Positions 63,970 through 64,000 of a stretch of 64,000 bases of DNA are shown here, one piece after another; position 1 is the first letter of the stretch; each line of letters opens with the position of its first letter. The DNA lies in assembly GCF_001194135.2 (NCBI RefSeq), contig NC_068986.1:10818252-10882251 (forward strand), in the 5' to 3' direction. Made by a program: the position numbers and the translations under genes. Source of the stretch: Octopus bimaculoides. Its lineage: Eukaryota. A model generated the notes under the pieces. The model was not told where the DNA came from, did no database searches, and saw nothing but the letters and a program-made list of their open reading frames with translations.

Positions 63970-64000
63970 ATGATGTGTTTTATTTATATATATATATATA

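Overview
This is a repeat-dense, AT-rich animal genomic window with 11 N-gaps, so it comes from a draft short-read scaffold. The repeat families, microsatellite load and gap pattern point to an Octopus (coleoid cephalopod) genome; that is inferred, not database-verified. The only host protein-coding signal found is four small minus-strand exons (17162-17067, 10725-10685, 8041-7986, 6893-6797). They splice with canonical GT-AG sites into the N-terminal SH3 plus helical region of a DOCK-B (DOCK3/DOCK4/sponge-type) Rac-GEF. Exon sizes are 96/41/56/97 nt, against 84/41/56/97 as recalled for human DOCK4 exons 2-5, which gives a 4-aa insertion in the SH3 n-Src loop. A canonical exon 1 and exon 6 were not found, so the rest of the window is probably intronic (intron 1 >46 kb). 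Introns are filled with tRNA-derived SINEs, RTE LINE 3' fragments, TTAA-flanked (piggyBac-like) and hAT MITEs, Helitrons and long foldback elements. The most notable observations are a tRNA-headed foldback element next to exon 4 that carries two minimal type-I hammerhead ribozyme motifs, a family of fold-back elements with shared termini, a candidate microexon ending in the conserved G-V-A junction, and an RTE 3'UTR with a 66-nt VNTR whose tail is reused by modular SINEs. Almost all ORFs in the supplied track are artefacts of N-runs, microsatellites or repeats.
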